From Pelomyxa schiedti (Eukaryota; Protista; Evosea): a stretch of 64,000 nucleotides of DNA. Shown in pieces: positions 10,326 through 23,795 of this stretch (position 1 is the first letter of the stretch; each line of letters opens with the position of its first letter). The stretch spans positions 1 to 64,000 of the forward strand of contig JAHLWZ010000802.1 of assembly GCA_020536535.1 (NCBI GenBank), read 5' to 3'. Below the pieces are notes generated by a model that had not been told where the DNA came from, searched no databases, and saw only the letters and a program-made list of their open reading frames with translations. The position numbers and the translations under genes are program-made.

Positions 10326-12190
10326 TTATGAAGACCCAGTGGTTGGGGGAGTGGCAGGGGGATCGCAGGCAGGCATTCCTTTGGCACATTCGGGGTGGCT
10401 GTCAAACTGGCAGGGGACACAGTGATAGGCATATCCTTCACCTACTTGTCGGCATACATTGCACCTGTACATTCCACGGTAAACAGAGGGGCAGAGCTCC
10501 AGTGGGTGCTCATGCTCCGCGTGTTTAATCCACTTGGGAAGGGTTGCCATAAGCTTCTCCTTGGCAATGCGGGCCTCTTCCATCTTTTCCGGGGTCCAAG
10601 GGAATGCCTCGGCTTTACCTCCACTGACAAGATCGTTGGCACTGAGGGACACATTCTTCCCTGCGGAGTCAAGAAGGATAAGTGTGGGAATGCCTTCAAT
10701 CTCAAAGTGGTCTCCGAGTGTCGCCTTTGCTTCCCTGTCAGTGAAGGGGATAGCAAGCCATGGCATTTCGGCAAAGTAGCTGTCAAAGTCCTCTTGACTC
10801 CTGTCACTGGAGACAAAGATAACTTCAAACTTCTTCCCGGCAGCCTTGAGTTCCTTGTAGACTGATGCCAGAATTGGAGTAAACGCACGGCATGGACCGC
10901 ACCAGTGGCCTGAAAAGTATATACCAATTCTCTCATTATCAGCAAGAGACGAAACCAAAACGTGCTCTTTGGCGCCGTTGATGACATAGTCTCGTGAAGG
11001 AGTTGTTAGAAGTGAGGCTAATGTCTGGTTTTCACGCGCTATCTTTAGTTTCTCGGCCTTAGCAGCGCGGAGGGCATCAATGACAGTTGTAGTGAATGGA
11101 TAAGCTTCAGCACCGAAGTCTTGTACGGCTGCAGCTCCTTCCGTAGTCGCAGTCTTTCCAGCTGCATCGAGAACAATCATGGTAGGAAGAGTATAGAGTT
11201 CAAAGAACTTGGCCAACTTGTTGGCAAGAGCGTGGTCATGAGGTACATAAAGCCAGGGTACCTCTGGAACTGAAGCTGGGGCTGCTTCATCCAGTGAGAT
11301 TTCTACGATTTGGAATGGCTTGTTTTGAGCTTTGAGGGTCTCGTAAGTTTTTCTAACAGTGGCATCGAAACCGCGGCACTGAGGGTGATCCATGGAGAAC
11401 AGAATTCCAAGGGGTGTGCCGTGAAGTGAAGCAACTTCTACATGAGCACCGCCGGCTCCCAGAACCCAATCACGAGTCGGAGTGCACAGTAAAACCTTGG
11501 CACACTGGTTGGCTACCATCTCGGCATGTTCTCTTTCAGCTTCAGCCTTGAACGCGCCAATGTGCTCCGGTGTGAATGGGAACGCCTTAGCTCCGTACTC
11601 ATCAATGCATTCGCGACCATCCTCCGTCAGGGTAGTGCCATCAGGCCCGAGAATTACCAAAGACGGAATTCCTTGAATCTTAGTTTCAAAGTGAGTATTT
11701 AGGTGAGAGGGCAATGTTTTACTTTGTAAAGATCACTCAATTTCTGCTTGGTGTCCCTATCGTCATATGGCAGAGCTATCCATGGCATTTCGTTAAAGTA
11801 CTCATCAAAGTCATGCTGACTCCTGCTCATTCCATTATACTTCCACAGGATAGTGGCAGTATAAGATAATTTAAACTCTTATAAAAATGGCGTTATCTTG
11901 CCTATGTATTGTACACAATTGGACATTACGGAATTCAAAACGAACCTGTCGGAGGAAACGAAAACTATCTCGAAAGCTTTGCCCTGAGCAACGATTTCCT
12001 TGTACACGGTGGCCAATTGAGGAGTGAAACCCCTGCAAGGTGGACACCAGTGTCCCGAGAAGTACAGCCCCACGGTTTTGCCTGCAAGGTCGGACAGAGT
12101 GACGTGGCGACCTTCTTTTCCTAGTAGGAAGTCACGTGCTTCGGTAAACAGCAGGCTCCCAATCGATGTGGTAGCGTTGGTTGTTGCCAT
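10326..12190 (-). CDS. NRX1: Nucleoredoxin, plant NRX1-type (three TRX domains plus C1/DC1 domain)
   Basis: GLYFSGHWCPPC, a degenerate middle site (HPQC), GIYFSGHWCGPC, and a C-terminal HEHPL...CNVC...YHCVPCQFDSHPECA domain; two introns. Confidence 0.9.
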
Positions 12191-12462
12191 TTGCTTTTCG
12201 TGTGTCTTTTTTTTTTGTTGTTATGGGAATGTGGGTTTCAACGACGCTTAAGAAGACGTAATTAATGGTTTCTGCTACGTTGTAAAACAGTGAAGAAGCT
12301 GAAACAGAAATTCGTTCTTAGGAAAGGACTGAAAGGCTGAAAAGCAGTGGCGTTCATCCAAACGAGGAGTTCCATGGAGAGCACTTCCCGGCGAATACTC
12401 TGAGAAGTTCCCAACACAAAGCAATCAGCCCCGGACACCAGATCCTAACACGAAACAAATCA

Positions 12463-13637
12463 ATGGCCAGCAAAGCACCCACTCCCAAGACAGGGCGCAC
12501 CAAGTCCAAGCGCCTCCACGCGCACTCCAACCCCCTGGCCGACAAGTTCTTCGCGTACCCCACGTGCCCCGACGCGGCGGACTGGCCCTCTATCTTCCCC
12601 GCCCTCCTGCCCACGCCCACGCCCACACCCACTCCCACTCCTTCCTCCTCCGCTTCTGCAGCATCTACAACCACCACGCAGCCTCCGCCGACACCGCTGC
12701 CGCAGCAGCCGATGATGATGAGCACGGCCCGAGGTGGTGGTGGAGGGGGCGAGGGCGAGGGCGAGGGCGGGCGCGCGTGGCCGTTTTTCGTGGACATTGG
12801 GTGTGGGTTCGGGGGGCTGACTGTGGCCCTGGGAACCGCGTACCCTGATTGCCTCACTCTGGCGATGGAGATCCGTGTCAGGTCAGTCCCATTCTCCCCA
12901 GTTTTGATTTTATGCATGCATTTGTGTGTGTGCGCGCTTTGTGTGCTCCCTTGCCCCTTTTTGCTTGCTGTTTTTAAACCCCTTTTCGCCTCGTTTCTAT
13001 TGTGGAAGTTTATGGGAGTTTGTTGTTTAGAAGCTTTTCAAAATAAGGGTGGTTGAAGGAGTCCAGGAACGAATTACCAAGTTGAGGGCCGATAACCCTG
13101 GTCAGTATCAGAATATCGCTTGCATTGCCTGTAACTGCATGAAGAATTTACCCCATTGGTTCCACAAGGGTAGATGCGATAAATTGTTCATACTCTTCCC
13201 GGGTAATTCTGCTCCGATATGTAATACTATACCTCTTCTCTTACTTTATCAAAGATCCACACTTCAAACAATCAAAGAAAAGACTGCGCATCATAAGCCC
13301 AATGTTACTCTCTGAGTATGCTTACATTCTGCGTGAAGGAGGAATGTTATACACCAACACAGATGTTGAAGATTTACACAGTTTGTCAACAACATCACTC
13401 AAAGCCCAACTGACAACACATAAATCAGAGTGGATGGTCCAGTGCCTAGATGAACACCCAATGTTTGAAAGAATTCCACCCGAACAACTTGCAGATGACA
13501 AAGCCTACAATCTCATACACAATGTATCAGAAGAGAGCCTTAAAGTAGCCCGAGCCGGTGGCCGCAAGTTCCCGGCTGTCTACAGGCGTCTACCCACTTC
13601 ACAATGCATTCCCAGAGTTCCTCCTCTATTTTCCTAA
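12463..13637 (+). CDS. TRM8: tRNA (guanine-N7)-methyltransferase
   Basis: HAHSNPL, VDIGCGFGGL, LAMEIR, NCMK, LFILFP|DPHFK, LLSEYAYILREGG, YTNTDVEDLH, SEESLKVAR; GC-rich P/T/G low-complexity insert at 12600-12770. Confidence 0.95.
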
Positions 13638-13706
13638 TTCACGAGGCTTGGCGTTAACAAAAAAAAAGAAGAATCTTTGGTTTTTGCTTTTTCTTTCGCC
13701 TCAGTG

Positions 13707-15945
13707 ATGAACCGTTTTCTTTATTGGCTTGATTGTTGTGGGGTGGCACTCGTTCTATTGGTGACATTATGTGAGGGTACAATTGGACATGTGAGGGGAC
13801 TGATACCTTGGCACAATTTTCTTAGTGGCCCTTCATCATGGAACATTGACGACTATAAAAGTGCCTACCCTTTTGTTTCTTATCTGTGCCCAAAAACCAA
13901 AACACAAACCAAACATGTGTTACCAAAAAGAATACATTGACGAGGCCAATGAATATGGATTCAACTTGATTGCACTTCACAGTTACCAGGGAGGGAGTGA
14001 ACGCTACTTCACATACGTTGACCCACTGGTGTTAACTTCGTCTTCTCAGTACATTGTGCCATCTGCCCATTGGGATAGCACTGCCACAGCCAGGTGGGGC
14101 TATTATCCACTCCCAGTCTCTGAATTCGCCTTCAATTCCTCGGCAATTTTTGGCCAGCCACAGAATAACATGTGGGGATCAGACTGTGCTACACTTCTGC
14201 CTGGGGACCAGCAGTACCAGTGCACTATATGTGCAGTTTATTTCATTCACTAGCACTTCTGCCTAATAGTACTCTAGCAATGATACAGGAAGTCATTGAG
14301 TATGCACACAGCAAGGGAATTCAAGTAGCCATTGGCTTCGAGTTCGGTGTTTGGCCTCCAGCTCTCTATAGTGCATTCACTAGCGCTGTTCTATCTTCTC
14401 CATACTTAGTTGATCCAACTGCTGAACCAGCTAAGGTTTAAATGTCCTGTACTCTAATCTTGCAATGCTTGCCAATAATGATGCCAAGAGGATATTTAAG
14501 AGAACTATTACCTGGGTAACTGATACTTACCGCCCAGACTACCTGATGTTATGGATGCAAGAGAACCCCGTTTTGTATGCCAATATGCAGGTAATATTGG
14601 CCTTTCCGCGCAATTCTAAATTTAGACTCCTGCAGGAACAAGGCTGGTCTACTTCATTTACTGATTTTTACGAGAAGAGCTATGGCAATTTTTCCTACTT
14701 GGAAGGTGACTCACAAAACAGTACGGTCTAACAATCGAGACTACGAATTGAACAATTCGCAGTTTTTAATGGAGTATGGTGCCTTGCTCATATGCTGCAG
14801 GCCCCTGAATTTACTTCCTCAGAAGTTCCACTTGTTTTAAGTGGATGGGGTGGAGATTCCCAGCTCACTCCACTTCTTCAAGGGTTGCACACTGCACTAC
14901 CAAAAGATATCATTTTTTCAGTATTGACACCGAATATGGGAAGGAGTGATATTCCAGAAATTCTGGGCCAAATACAGGTAAACCAGACAATCGGCGAAAT
15001 CCCAAAAACAACTACATAGGCAGATGGACGCCCTGTCTGGGGAATGCCGTGGCTTGAATCAGATTTCAGACTGTGGCACCCACAGCCTCGTGTGGCCCTT
15101 ACCCTGAATTCCATACAACAAGCAAGCAAAATGAACCTAGCCGGAGTTGTTGGGATTCATTGGAGAACACAAGGCTACGATGTGTCACAGAACATATTTG
15201 CCCTATCCCAGGCACTTGCAGTAGATACAACAGGCATATCTCACATTCCCTTATCCATCGAATTCACAATTTCCAGTTTCTGAGGTCTACTCACAATGGT
15301 GCTCTACAATGTACAGTACAGAGGCGGCTGCTACACTCTCTCCATACATGGCTACTGCTGATATCGGTACACCTCTAACCAACAGGATACACTACAACCA
15401 CGCAACCACACAATGCACAGATGACCTCATTGATGCCTGGCCCGTTGATTCTGAAGAGTACTACCCTTATGACCCCGATTCATGGGGAATGCTATCTATA
15501 CCTCAGGTACAACTGTTTTCTTAAAACGGAAAGTGTGTGACGTCATCCTCCTCCATAGGAGAGTTGGTTCTCCAAATTGGCGGACTATGCAAGGGGTCTG
15601 GAAGTAACCGTAGTTGATCCAGTACAAAAAGCCAACATTCATGCCCTTGGCTCATTGGCTTACTTCGTGCTGGCTCTCAAGAATAGTTCCTTGGAACTGC
15701 AGGTTGTGAAAGAACTGCGTGAAGAAGCAGCAAATGGCCAAGTAGTAGACAAAGCGGCACAGTGTGATTTGGCACAGGCCGCTATTGACAGGGCACAGAT
15801 ACAACGTGTATTTGATATGTATGTGGATAGGGTGCAGTCCAGAGGGGAGATGGGTGTCTTGGCATCAATGAACCAAAAACTGTGGACCTGGTATACCGAC
15901 AATGTCGAATGGCTAGAGTCCTATTGCTCTAACCTCACGGACTGA
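13707..15945 (+). CDS. Secreted glycoside-hydrolase-like TIM-barrel protein of bacterial type
   Basis: Signal peptide; RGLIPWHNFLSGPSSWNIDDYK|EYIDEANEYGFNLIALHSY; IEYAHSKGIQVAIGFE; DYLMLWMQE; VLSGWGG; WGMPWLESD; GVVGIHWRT; about 9 introns. Confidence 0.7.
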
Positions 15946-15987
15946 GAAGAAATGTGAATTGAGAAGAAAAGGAAAGAGATGTTCTGT

Positions 15988-16737
15988 TCAATTCTTCTTT
16001 GCCTTCTTCTTTGCTCCTGAAGATGCTGTTCCTGTGGTTGCTACTGTGAAAGGATGGTCATTCCACATCCTCACAATCATGACCAATGGAGTCAGCAGCC
16101 AGGGTAAGTTAAGTCCCTGCAAAAAACAATAGGTGGGGAGTAGAGATGAGTGGCAGAGTGGGATGTGCTTTTTTGTTTTTGGAAAGTGACATACCAGTAC
16201 AAAAAGAGGAGCTGGTGTTTTATTCGGACCCATAAATTCCTCTCCCAAGATAATGGAAACATTGGCGAACATTATCCCAGCCCAAAACAGTGAAGGAACT
16301 CTAATCCATTCGCGGCCTAGACTCTTTCAGTCACAAAAGAAATAACGATAGAGAAATCGCTCAGGAATGATAATATCCATGCCTTTGTAGAATGCGTAGA
16401 TGGCGAACAAGTAAAAAGGACCAAAGTACAGCACGTCCAGCCAAATTGTCATCCTCCACCACGGCGGCCTGGCCAACAACACCGGGTCGAAGTTACGGGC
16501 GTACCAATGAACGAGATCCACGCCCCAACGAGGGGGCCAGATCGGGTACGTAGGTGCCGGCGACGTTGATGATGGATCTGCGGTTGCGGCTGCGATAAAG
16601 GGTGCGGGATCTGCGATCGCGAGTTGCTCGAGATCTACGATGTACGTGATAAACGCAGCGTTTATGAAGAAGAACGCAATCAATACGACATCCCACGGTC
16701 TCGATCTAAGCCCAACAACCCGCCGCTGGCCCTTCAT
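15988..16737 (-). CDS. EXPERA-domain (emopamil-binding protein-like) membrane protein
   Basis: Four TM segments; WYARNFDPVLLARPPWWRMTIWLDVLYFGPFYLFAIYAF; NLPWLLTPL; two introns. Confidence 0.85.
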
Positions 16738-17121
16738 CGTTTTTTTCCCTTTTTGTTCGTTGTTTCTCACAATCGGCTTTTTTGCGACATCAAAATATCA
16801 TTGGTGAACCTCAATTACACAAGGGACTCAGGAGGAAACAAAATGGAAAAGGACTGTTTCTTTCGGGAAACCCACTGAGTTTTGGGCTACTTTTGGAATG
16901 GTTTTAGTTGGCAACAACAAGACAAGCCACCTCACCCAGAATCTGCCGCGTGGCCCTCGTTCTTTTTTAGAGACTTCGCAAAAAAGCATCACAATCCGGA
17001 AATTTTGGACCTGTCAATACACAGTTGTATTTTTATTTGTTGAACAAACACAAACAAAACAACACGCGTACGCAACAAGGCACAAGCACTCCGGATCTAC
17101 GCGCGAGATACAGCAAAAGAA

Positions 17122-20100
17122 ATGTCGGGCAGTAAAAAGACTGAGGGAGCGGAGGTTCCTTCTGCGTCACGGAGTGTCAGTCCTACCACCGCGACTGCGC
17201 CATCTCAGTTGGTGATCGATTGCTATTCAAATGACGAAGAGCACGTGATGGATGCACTACATACGTCTCTCGCTGGGCTCTCTGCGTCCGAGGTGTGTGT
17301 TTAATTTCTTTTGTCTTTTTTTTTTCGCTCTTTTCGTTCTTCGTATCTTCGAAATATTGTTCCCTTAGTGATCTATCGTTTTACAGGTGGCAATACGCCA
17401 AGAACAAGACGGGAAAAATGAACTTGAAGAGGAGGAAGATGAGAGCCTTGTTATGCAGTTTCTTGATAAGTTTCAGGATCCCATGGTCGTATTACTTCTT
17501 TGCTCAGCCTGCATTTCCCTTTTGATGAGGCAATGGGATGATGCTATCAGTATTGTTGTGGCTGTAATCATCGTGAGTACTGTCGGGTTTGTGCAAGAGT
17601 ACAAAAGTGAGAAGGCTGTTCAAGCTTTAAAGGAGTTCGTGGCCCCAAAGTATGTGCCGAAGCAACTTCCTGCATAAGAGTGACATCTCTAGGTGCATCG
17701 TTGTACGGGAGGGCAACCACATAGAAATTGAAGCTGCAGAGCTTGTCGTTGGAGATATTGTCATACTAGCACCTGGGTGCCGGGTTCCAGCTGATCTTCG
17801 TTTGGTGGAATCTGTGGAGCTCCAAGTCAATGAGTCACTTCTAACAGGTGATCAAACAAAGACTTTTTTGTTGTGTAACATCTCTTCAGGTGAGTCGGAA
17901 CCAGTTCAAAAATATGTTACACCCATTGCTGCCACGAAATGCGCCATTAGTGACAGATTGAATATGGTTTGCATGGGTGCTACCGTGTCCTCAGGAACTG
18001 GAAAGGGTGTTGTCGTTTGTATTGGCAAAAATACCGAACTTGGGAAGATATTCCAGTTTCTTCAGAAGAAAGAAGAAAAGAAAACTCCTCTCCAAGTACT
18101 TTTTCCTTAGTGCTGTTATTGCAACTCACTTTCACAAGATAAGTATGGATAACTTCGGCAAACAACTCTCCATCGTCTCTTCTGTTGTTATTGTCTTGAT
18201 TTCTGTCATTGGCTTCCTTCAGGGAAAGCCCCCATTGCAAATGTTTAACATGGCAGTATCCCTGGTTGTTGCAGCTATTCCTGAAGGTCTTCCTATTGCA
18301 GTGACTGTTACCCTTGCCTTGGGTGTTACACGCATGTCCCACCGCAAAGCTATTGTCCGAAAACTACCAGCTGTGGAAGCTCTTGGTGCCACTAATGTGA
18401 TCTGTGTAGACAAAACAGGAACGTTGACCCAGAATAAAATGACTGTAACCGATATATACTGCGACCAATTGCTACAAGTCGAAATGACTGAACCTGTAAT
18501 ACTTTTTTTTTACTATTCATCCTCTTAATTCACAACAGGTCAGTTTTGTTCATGGAACTGCCAAGTTTGTGAATAACAAAGGTGGTGTAGAAACTTTGAA
18601 ATCAGGCTCTCACCTTTACGAGCTTATAAAAGTAACCTCCCCAATCACCAAAGTTGTTTCCTCAACTGTACGAATTTAGGCATCTGTTTGTTGCAATAAT
18701 GCGCGATTTAACGGCGACAGCCTAGTTGGTCTTCCCACAGAGGGTGCACTTTTGTCTCTTGCATCCAAGGCTGGGTTACCAGACTTCAGAAGCGAGATTG
18801 CTCGCCAAAGTGAGGTACGTGAATTACTTTCACGTCTTTCTCTTAATCCGTCACACAGGTTCCCTTCAGTTCCCTTACAAAGTGGATGGGGGTCACTTGT
18901 GGTGATAGGTTCATTATCAAGGGAGCTCCCGAAGTTGTTGTTACGAAGTGAGAACTTGTTCTTTATCAAGCCTCCTCTCAACTTTCTCCTTCAGGTGCAC
19001 AAGAAGTTTTGATGGTTCCCCTCTCGATATGCATGAAATTCAACAAGTCGTCATAAACATGTCATCCAAAGCTCTAAGAGTTCTCGCTTTCGCCTGCAGC
19101 TCTGGCTCACAAGAAGACATGACTTTCCTCGGCTTGGTGGGTGTCATTGATCCGCCACGACCAGGTGTCAAAGAAGCTATTGCCTCTGTCAAACATACTG
19201 GAATCCACGTTGTCATGATTACCGGTGATAGTAAAGATACGGCAATTGCCGTTGGTAAGTTGCGGCTTGTTCACAGCCTTGTATCTAATGGTTTGATAGC
19301 TTCCCAGCTCGGCTTGACAGCCTCTTCTGACACAGCGTTGTCGGCGAGTGACATTGATGTAAGTCACCTGAGCAATAGTGCACCCAATTCACATATATTT
19401 AGCAAATGTCTCCTGAACAACTCAAGGAAAGGGTTTCCAACACCTCCGTTTTTTACCGAATGACTCCAGCACAAAAAGTGAAAATTGTTAATGCATATAA
19501 GGTACAATGATGTTTTCTTCCAGGAGCTTAACATTTTTTCCCAGTCTCTTAATATGGTCACATGCATGACTGGGTAAGTTTTGGATGTTTAAGCTGTTTT
19601 CGTACCTAACTTCAACCAAGAGACGGCGTGAACGATGCTCCAGCAGTTTCCAGGAGTGATATCGGTATTGCAATGGGAGCAGGTGGTTCTGATGTATGCA
19701 AAGAAGCCGCAGAGATTATTCTTGTTGACAACAATTTTAGCACAATTGGTGTGTATCAAATCACGTGGGTTTTTCTTATTGTTCCAGTTGCTGCAATTGA
19801 GGAAGGAAAAGTCATATTCAACAATATTAAGAACTTTTTACACTTCCAACTCACAACGAGTGTCGCTGCAATGGGCCTGATAGCATTCTGCAGTCTTGCC
19901 GACTTACCTCTCCCCCTAAATCCTATGCAAATTCTCTGGATCAACATCATTATGGACGGTCCTCCAGCACAATCACTGACATTTGAGGCAAACCGAGAAG
20001 CCACCACGCAACGACCAAGGGATCTTAAGGCTTCCCCTGTAGATTTAAAAATGATTGGGAAGATATGTTTGTCAGCCTTCCTAATGGTTGTTGGAACAAT

Positions 20101-20568
20101 GTGGATCTTCTTGCAGGTACAATTATTCCAAAGTTTTCTTGTTTCTCAATTTTCTTGCAGACCATCCCCCAGGGGAAGGCTCTCAGTGAAATGAATGAAG
20201 CACCAAAAGAAGCCACAACCATTGGATTTACCACCTTTGTACTATTCCAGTTATTCAATGCTTTCAACTGCAGGCACGACCCCCTTTCTGCATTTCCTCA
20301 CCTCTAATTCGCCGCCAGATCGTTCAGCAAGTCTGTATTGACCCTCGGCCTGTTCTCCAACATATACCTTACGCTGTCTGTTCTGGGTGCCCTAGCCACA
20401 CAGATGGTTGTCATTTACCTACCGTTCCTTCAGCTTGTTTTCCGAACCTCTTCCGTTACCATGTCACAACTGGGCCTATGTGTAGCAGTTGCCTCTTCAG
20501 TTCTGATTGTTGACGAGCTGTGGAAACTCTTCTCCCTCCTAAGCAAACCAAAAACCAAGAGCGAATAA
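17122..20568 (+). CDS. PMR1: Secretory-pathway Ca2+/Mn2+ P-type ATPase (SPCA/PMR1)
   Basis: [82 protein letters not shown]; about 14 short introns. Confidence 0.95.
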
Positions 20569-20648
20569 ATCAAACACCAGCAAGACGGTGATTTTGAATA
20601 CTTTTTTGTGAGAAAATAAATAGACAAATTTTTCAAACAAACAAGAAA

Positions 20649-22435
20649 ATGCCGCTACTCCGACTATCACACCAGTGGAGAAGTTTGAGTTTTACAGAGT
20701 ATCTGCGAGTCATAGAGAAAGTGGTGTGGGCCAAATAAGTGCTTTTCCTGGACGGACTATGTTGTAGTTCTTTTGGCTCTAATTCCCCAATTCAGCTGTG
20801 TTGTTTGGGTGGCCTTCACTCTCGTGGAGAAGTGCATGGGGACCTGTGTCCAGACACAATCGGGGTGAGTTGGCCTTCACTCGGTGGTGCCAGTGACATA
20901 TTAATTTGAAGGTGTCTATGAGTCCTCTGGAAGTGTGCCTGGGTGAACCATTAAAACTGACTACACCAGGGCAACAATTCTCCAGTTATCTTCTGTCCTT
21001 TATCTCTTTTTTTTTTTACCAAGCCATCAGCATGCAATTATGGCAATTCTGTTTTCTTCGACCCTTACTGGGCACCAGAATTAATAACACTTAGAAACCT
21101 TTCCCCCTCAAGTGATATGTGTGCAATTGTTCCCATGAGTTTCTCCAACCAAAATGCGGCAGCTATGCCATCGGCAGCACGGTGCTGGAATGGATTAATA
21201 ATGGACCTTTGGAGTCTCCCACTCCAGTAAGTGTAAAACATTGGGTTTTTCCTCAACCTGTGACAGGAGGATTCCAGTGATTCCAAAGTCATTTCTGTAA
21301 CAAAGATACTCGAAAAACGAGATTTTACCATGCCCCAATATTTTATGTCAATGTTAGATTTGTGCTTCAGATTGAACCCACAAGAGAGGCCAACCTGGAG
21401 CCAGTTGAGGAACGCTATAAGGAAATACATTGTGGAGCTTGTACTTGACCATCCTGACGCCAGAAATTTTTGGAGTCGCTGCTGCCTGTGGTGTGATGTG
21501 GTATGCTTATCTTTTTGTAGACATTAGTGACAAAGTGCTGGAGTACAAAGCACTTGCCTTCCTCACAGGGCGGCATTATCGTACTGGGCAGAATTCCTTG
21601 GTCCAACTTTTACCCTCCCACTTACTGCAAACCGTCATAGATTTTGCATTTCCACAGGTACCTCTGTAAAGTCATCAGAGAAATAGAGCTTACATTTATA
21701 TTCAGATGCAAACATATTGGTTCTCTGTTCCTGTTGAAGCGATTGTGCACGAAATTGCCCTGGGTGTTGGACGAGATCCCTCAACTCTAAGGCAATTAAT
21801 GGGCCTGCACAGTGGTAAAATGTAGAACAGAAACTAACTATCAACGGAAAATCAAATAAGGGTCCTCGCAGCTGTATGAAAGTCCCAATGTCCCTGTGGA
21901 CTTCAAGAAAGAGGTTACAACTCTGGATCGATTTGCACTTCTTGTGAAGTTATTCGGCGACTATTACTGTCTCCCCTCTGGCCCCGCTGTGATTGACGAG
22001 CTATTGACAGTAATGTCTGAACCGTATCATACTTCTTCCTTTGGCATTCTCCCTTATCTGTTTTGAGGTACTTCATGTATGACATGCCCCGGGAGCAAGT
22101 TGAACAAGTACTTATGCCTTATCAGACAGGAGCTTTTCTTGTCAGGTTCAGCATTCATTGCACAAGGGAGGCTCCGTTTGTTCTTTCGTTCCGAGGCACA
22201 TACCCCAGACATACAAGGTAAACCCTAGGCTCTAGGGTTACGAGGAACTAACTCTCTTGCCAGAATTTACTGGCAGTTAGGTTCCCCAGGCTACAGCACA
22301 ACAATTTCGGCAGCTGTGGGCCAGGAATCAGCACCAACACTCCAAGGCCTGATCACTAAACTACATGCCCGAGGGGTCCTCACAACTCCCTTCAAAGGTG
22401 AACGAATCCACACCACTGGATACTACTCTGATTAG
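20649..22435 (+). CDS. Shk-like (pseudo)kinase-SH2 protein; 5' end unclear or disrupted
   Basis: Kinase C-lobe remnants (CNYG in place of DFG, YWAPE, SD, LCFRLNPQERPT), ARNFW linker, TLDRFALLVKLFG, and SH2 GAFLVRFS...PFVLSF; stop at 22433-22435. Confidence 0.65.
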
Positions 22436-22610
22436 CCACCAATCAAACCTTTGTATCGGAATAGAACGGAAAAAAACCCAAAAACCAAAAAGCTAAAATG
22501 TGCAATTGCTAACAATCTATCTTATCCCGATACAGATATTGGCCCCCGAGATGCCATCGTACGCCCCCTAGTTCTCGTTGTCTTCGTTGTTTTTACAAGC
22601 GCACCTTTCA

Positions 22611-23751
22611 ATGATGACAACTACAACAACTCGGAGATCGTTTATCGTGTTTTTTTTTAATTGTTGTGTTTATCGTGGTGTTTGGGGGGTAGTGAAACTG
22701 ATTCGTAACACGCAGACACATTGCCCAAATTTTGGCGGAAAGGCACAGAGGCAGAGAGCCTGTTGTTGGTTTGTCCACTTTTTTGCAGTTTTTGTTGTTT
22801 GGCTAAACAGTACTCACACACAAAAAAGAAACGAAGCAGGTTGTGGAGACGGTAACTGATCCAGATGGGAAAAAGTACAGGGTGGTAAAAACTGTGCAAG
22901 TCACACGGCGTTTCGTTCACAAGTCTGTTATTGAAAGAAGGGTATTTTCCCTATGTTTCCTAAATTATCTATGCTGACTTTTTTTTTTCATTATTATAGG
23001 GATGGGCAAAATTCGGAGCATGCAGAGATCTCCCTCCAGGGCCTGAGTCTGGTACTTATCTTTCTTCAGTTAACTCGCAAACAAATGTGCCAGGTATAAC
23101 TGGAATTGATGATCCCGTCGTTATTGAGCCACCACAAAAAGCAGAGAAGCCAGTCCATGTAAGTTTGTGATTGGAATTTTTTCTTTTTGTTGATTTTCAC
23201 CTACTAAAACGAAACAGGTTCCCACTGCTGCTACTCAAGATGCTGCTCCGAAGCCAGTACAAATTACATGCAGAAATTGTGGTCAGGAAGGTCACTGGAC
23301 CAGCAAGTGTCCAAATAAAAAAGTTATTACACAACAAGGAGGGGATAGACCTGAACTTCCCAAAAGAGGTGATTTACCTTCTCAATCTCACTAAGTTGTG
23401 ATGTTTCACAGAGGAATACACAATTAGAGTCACCAACTTGAGTGAGGATGCCCAGGAGGATGACCTCCGTGACTTGTTTCAACCATTTGGGAGGGTTGAC
23501 AGAGTTTTTGTCGCCAAACACCGCGAAAGTGGCAAGGCCAAAGGATTTGCTTTTGTCACATATGCTGTCAAGTGTGCATTTCCCTATTCTCATCCCTTTA
23601 ATCACACCGTTCAGGACAGACGCAGAGAGGGCAATGAAGGCTCTTCAGCATTATGGTTACGATCACCTCATTTTGTCACTGGAATGGGCAAAGTACTTCA
23701 ACAAACTCATCCCTTTTCTAATCCTTCCCTCTTAGGCCATCGAGGTCATAA
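22611..23751 (+). CDS. EIF3G: Translation initiation factor eIF3 subunit G (start approximate)
   Basis: VIERR|GWAKFG, GPE, zinc knuckle [38 protein letters not shown]...[21 protein letters not shown]|PS. Confidence 0.93.
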
Positions 23752-23795
23752 AGAGCATAGTAAAAAGTTCTTTTATATATTGTGTTACTCTACAA

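Noticed and set aside
8543-16737. Bacterial contamination or an endosymbiont fragment
   Set aside because: The bacterial-like genes carry spliceosomal introns of the same style as their neighbours and alternate with eukaryotic genes.
22221-22239. AACCCTAG-gct-CTAGGGTT telomere-like inverted repeat
   Set aside because: Single units inside a short intron; too short to distinguish from chance.
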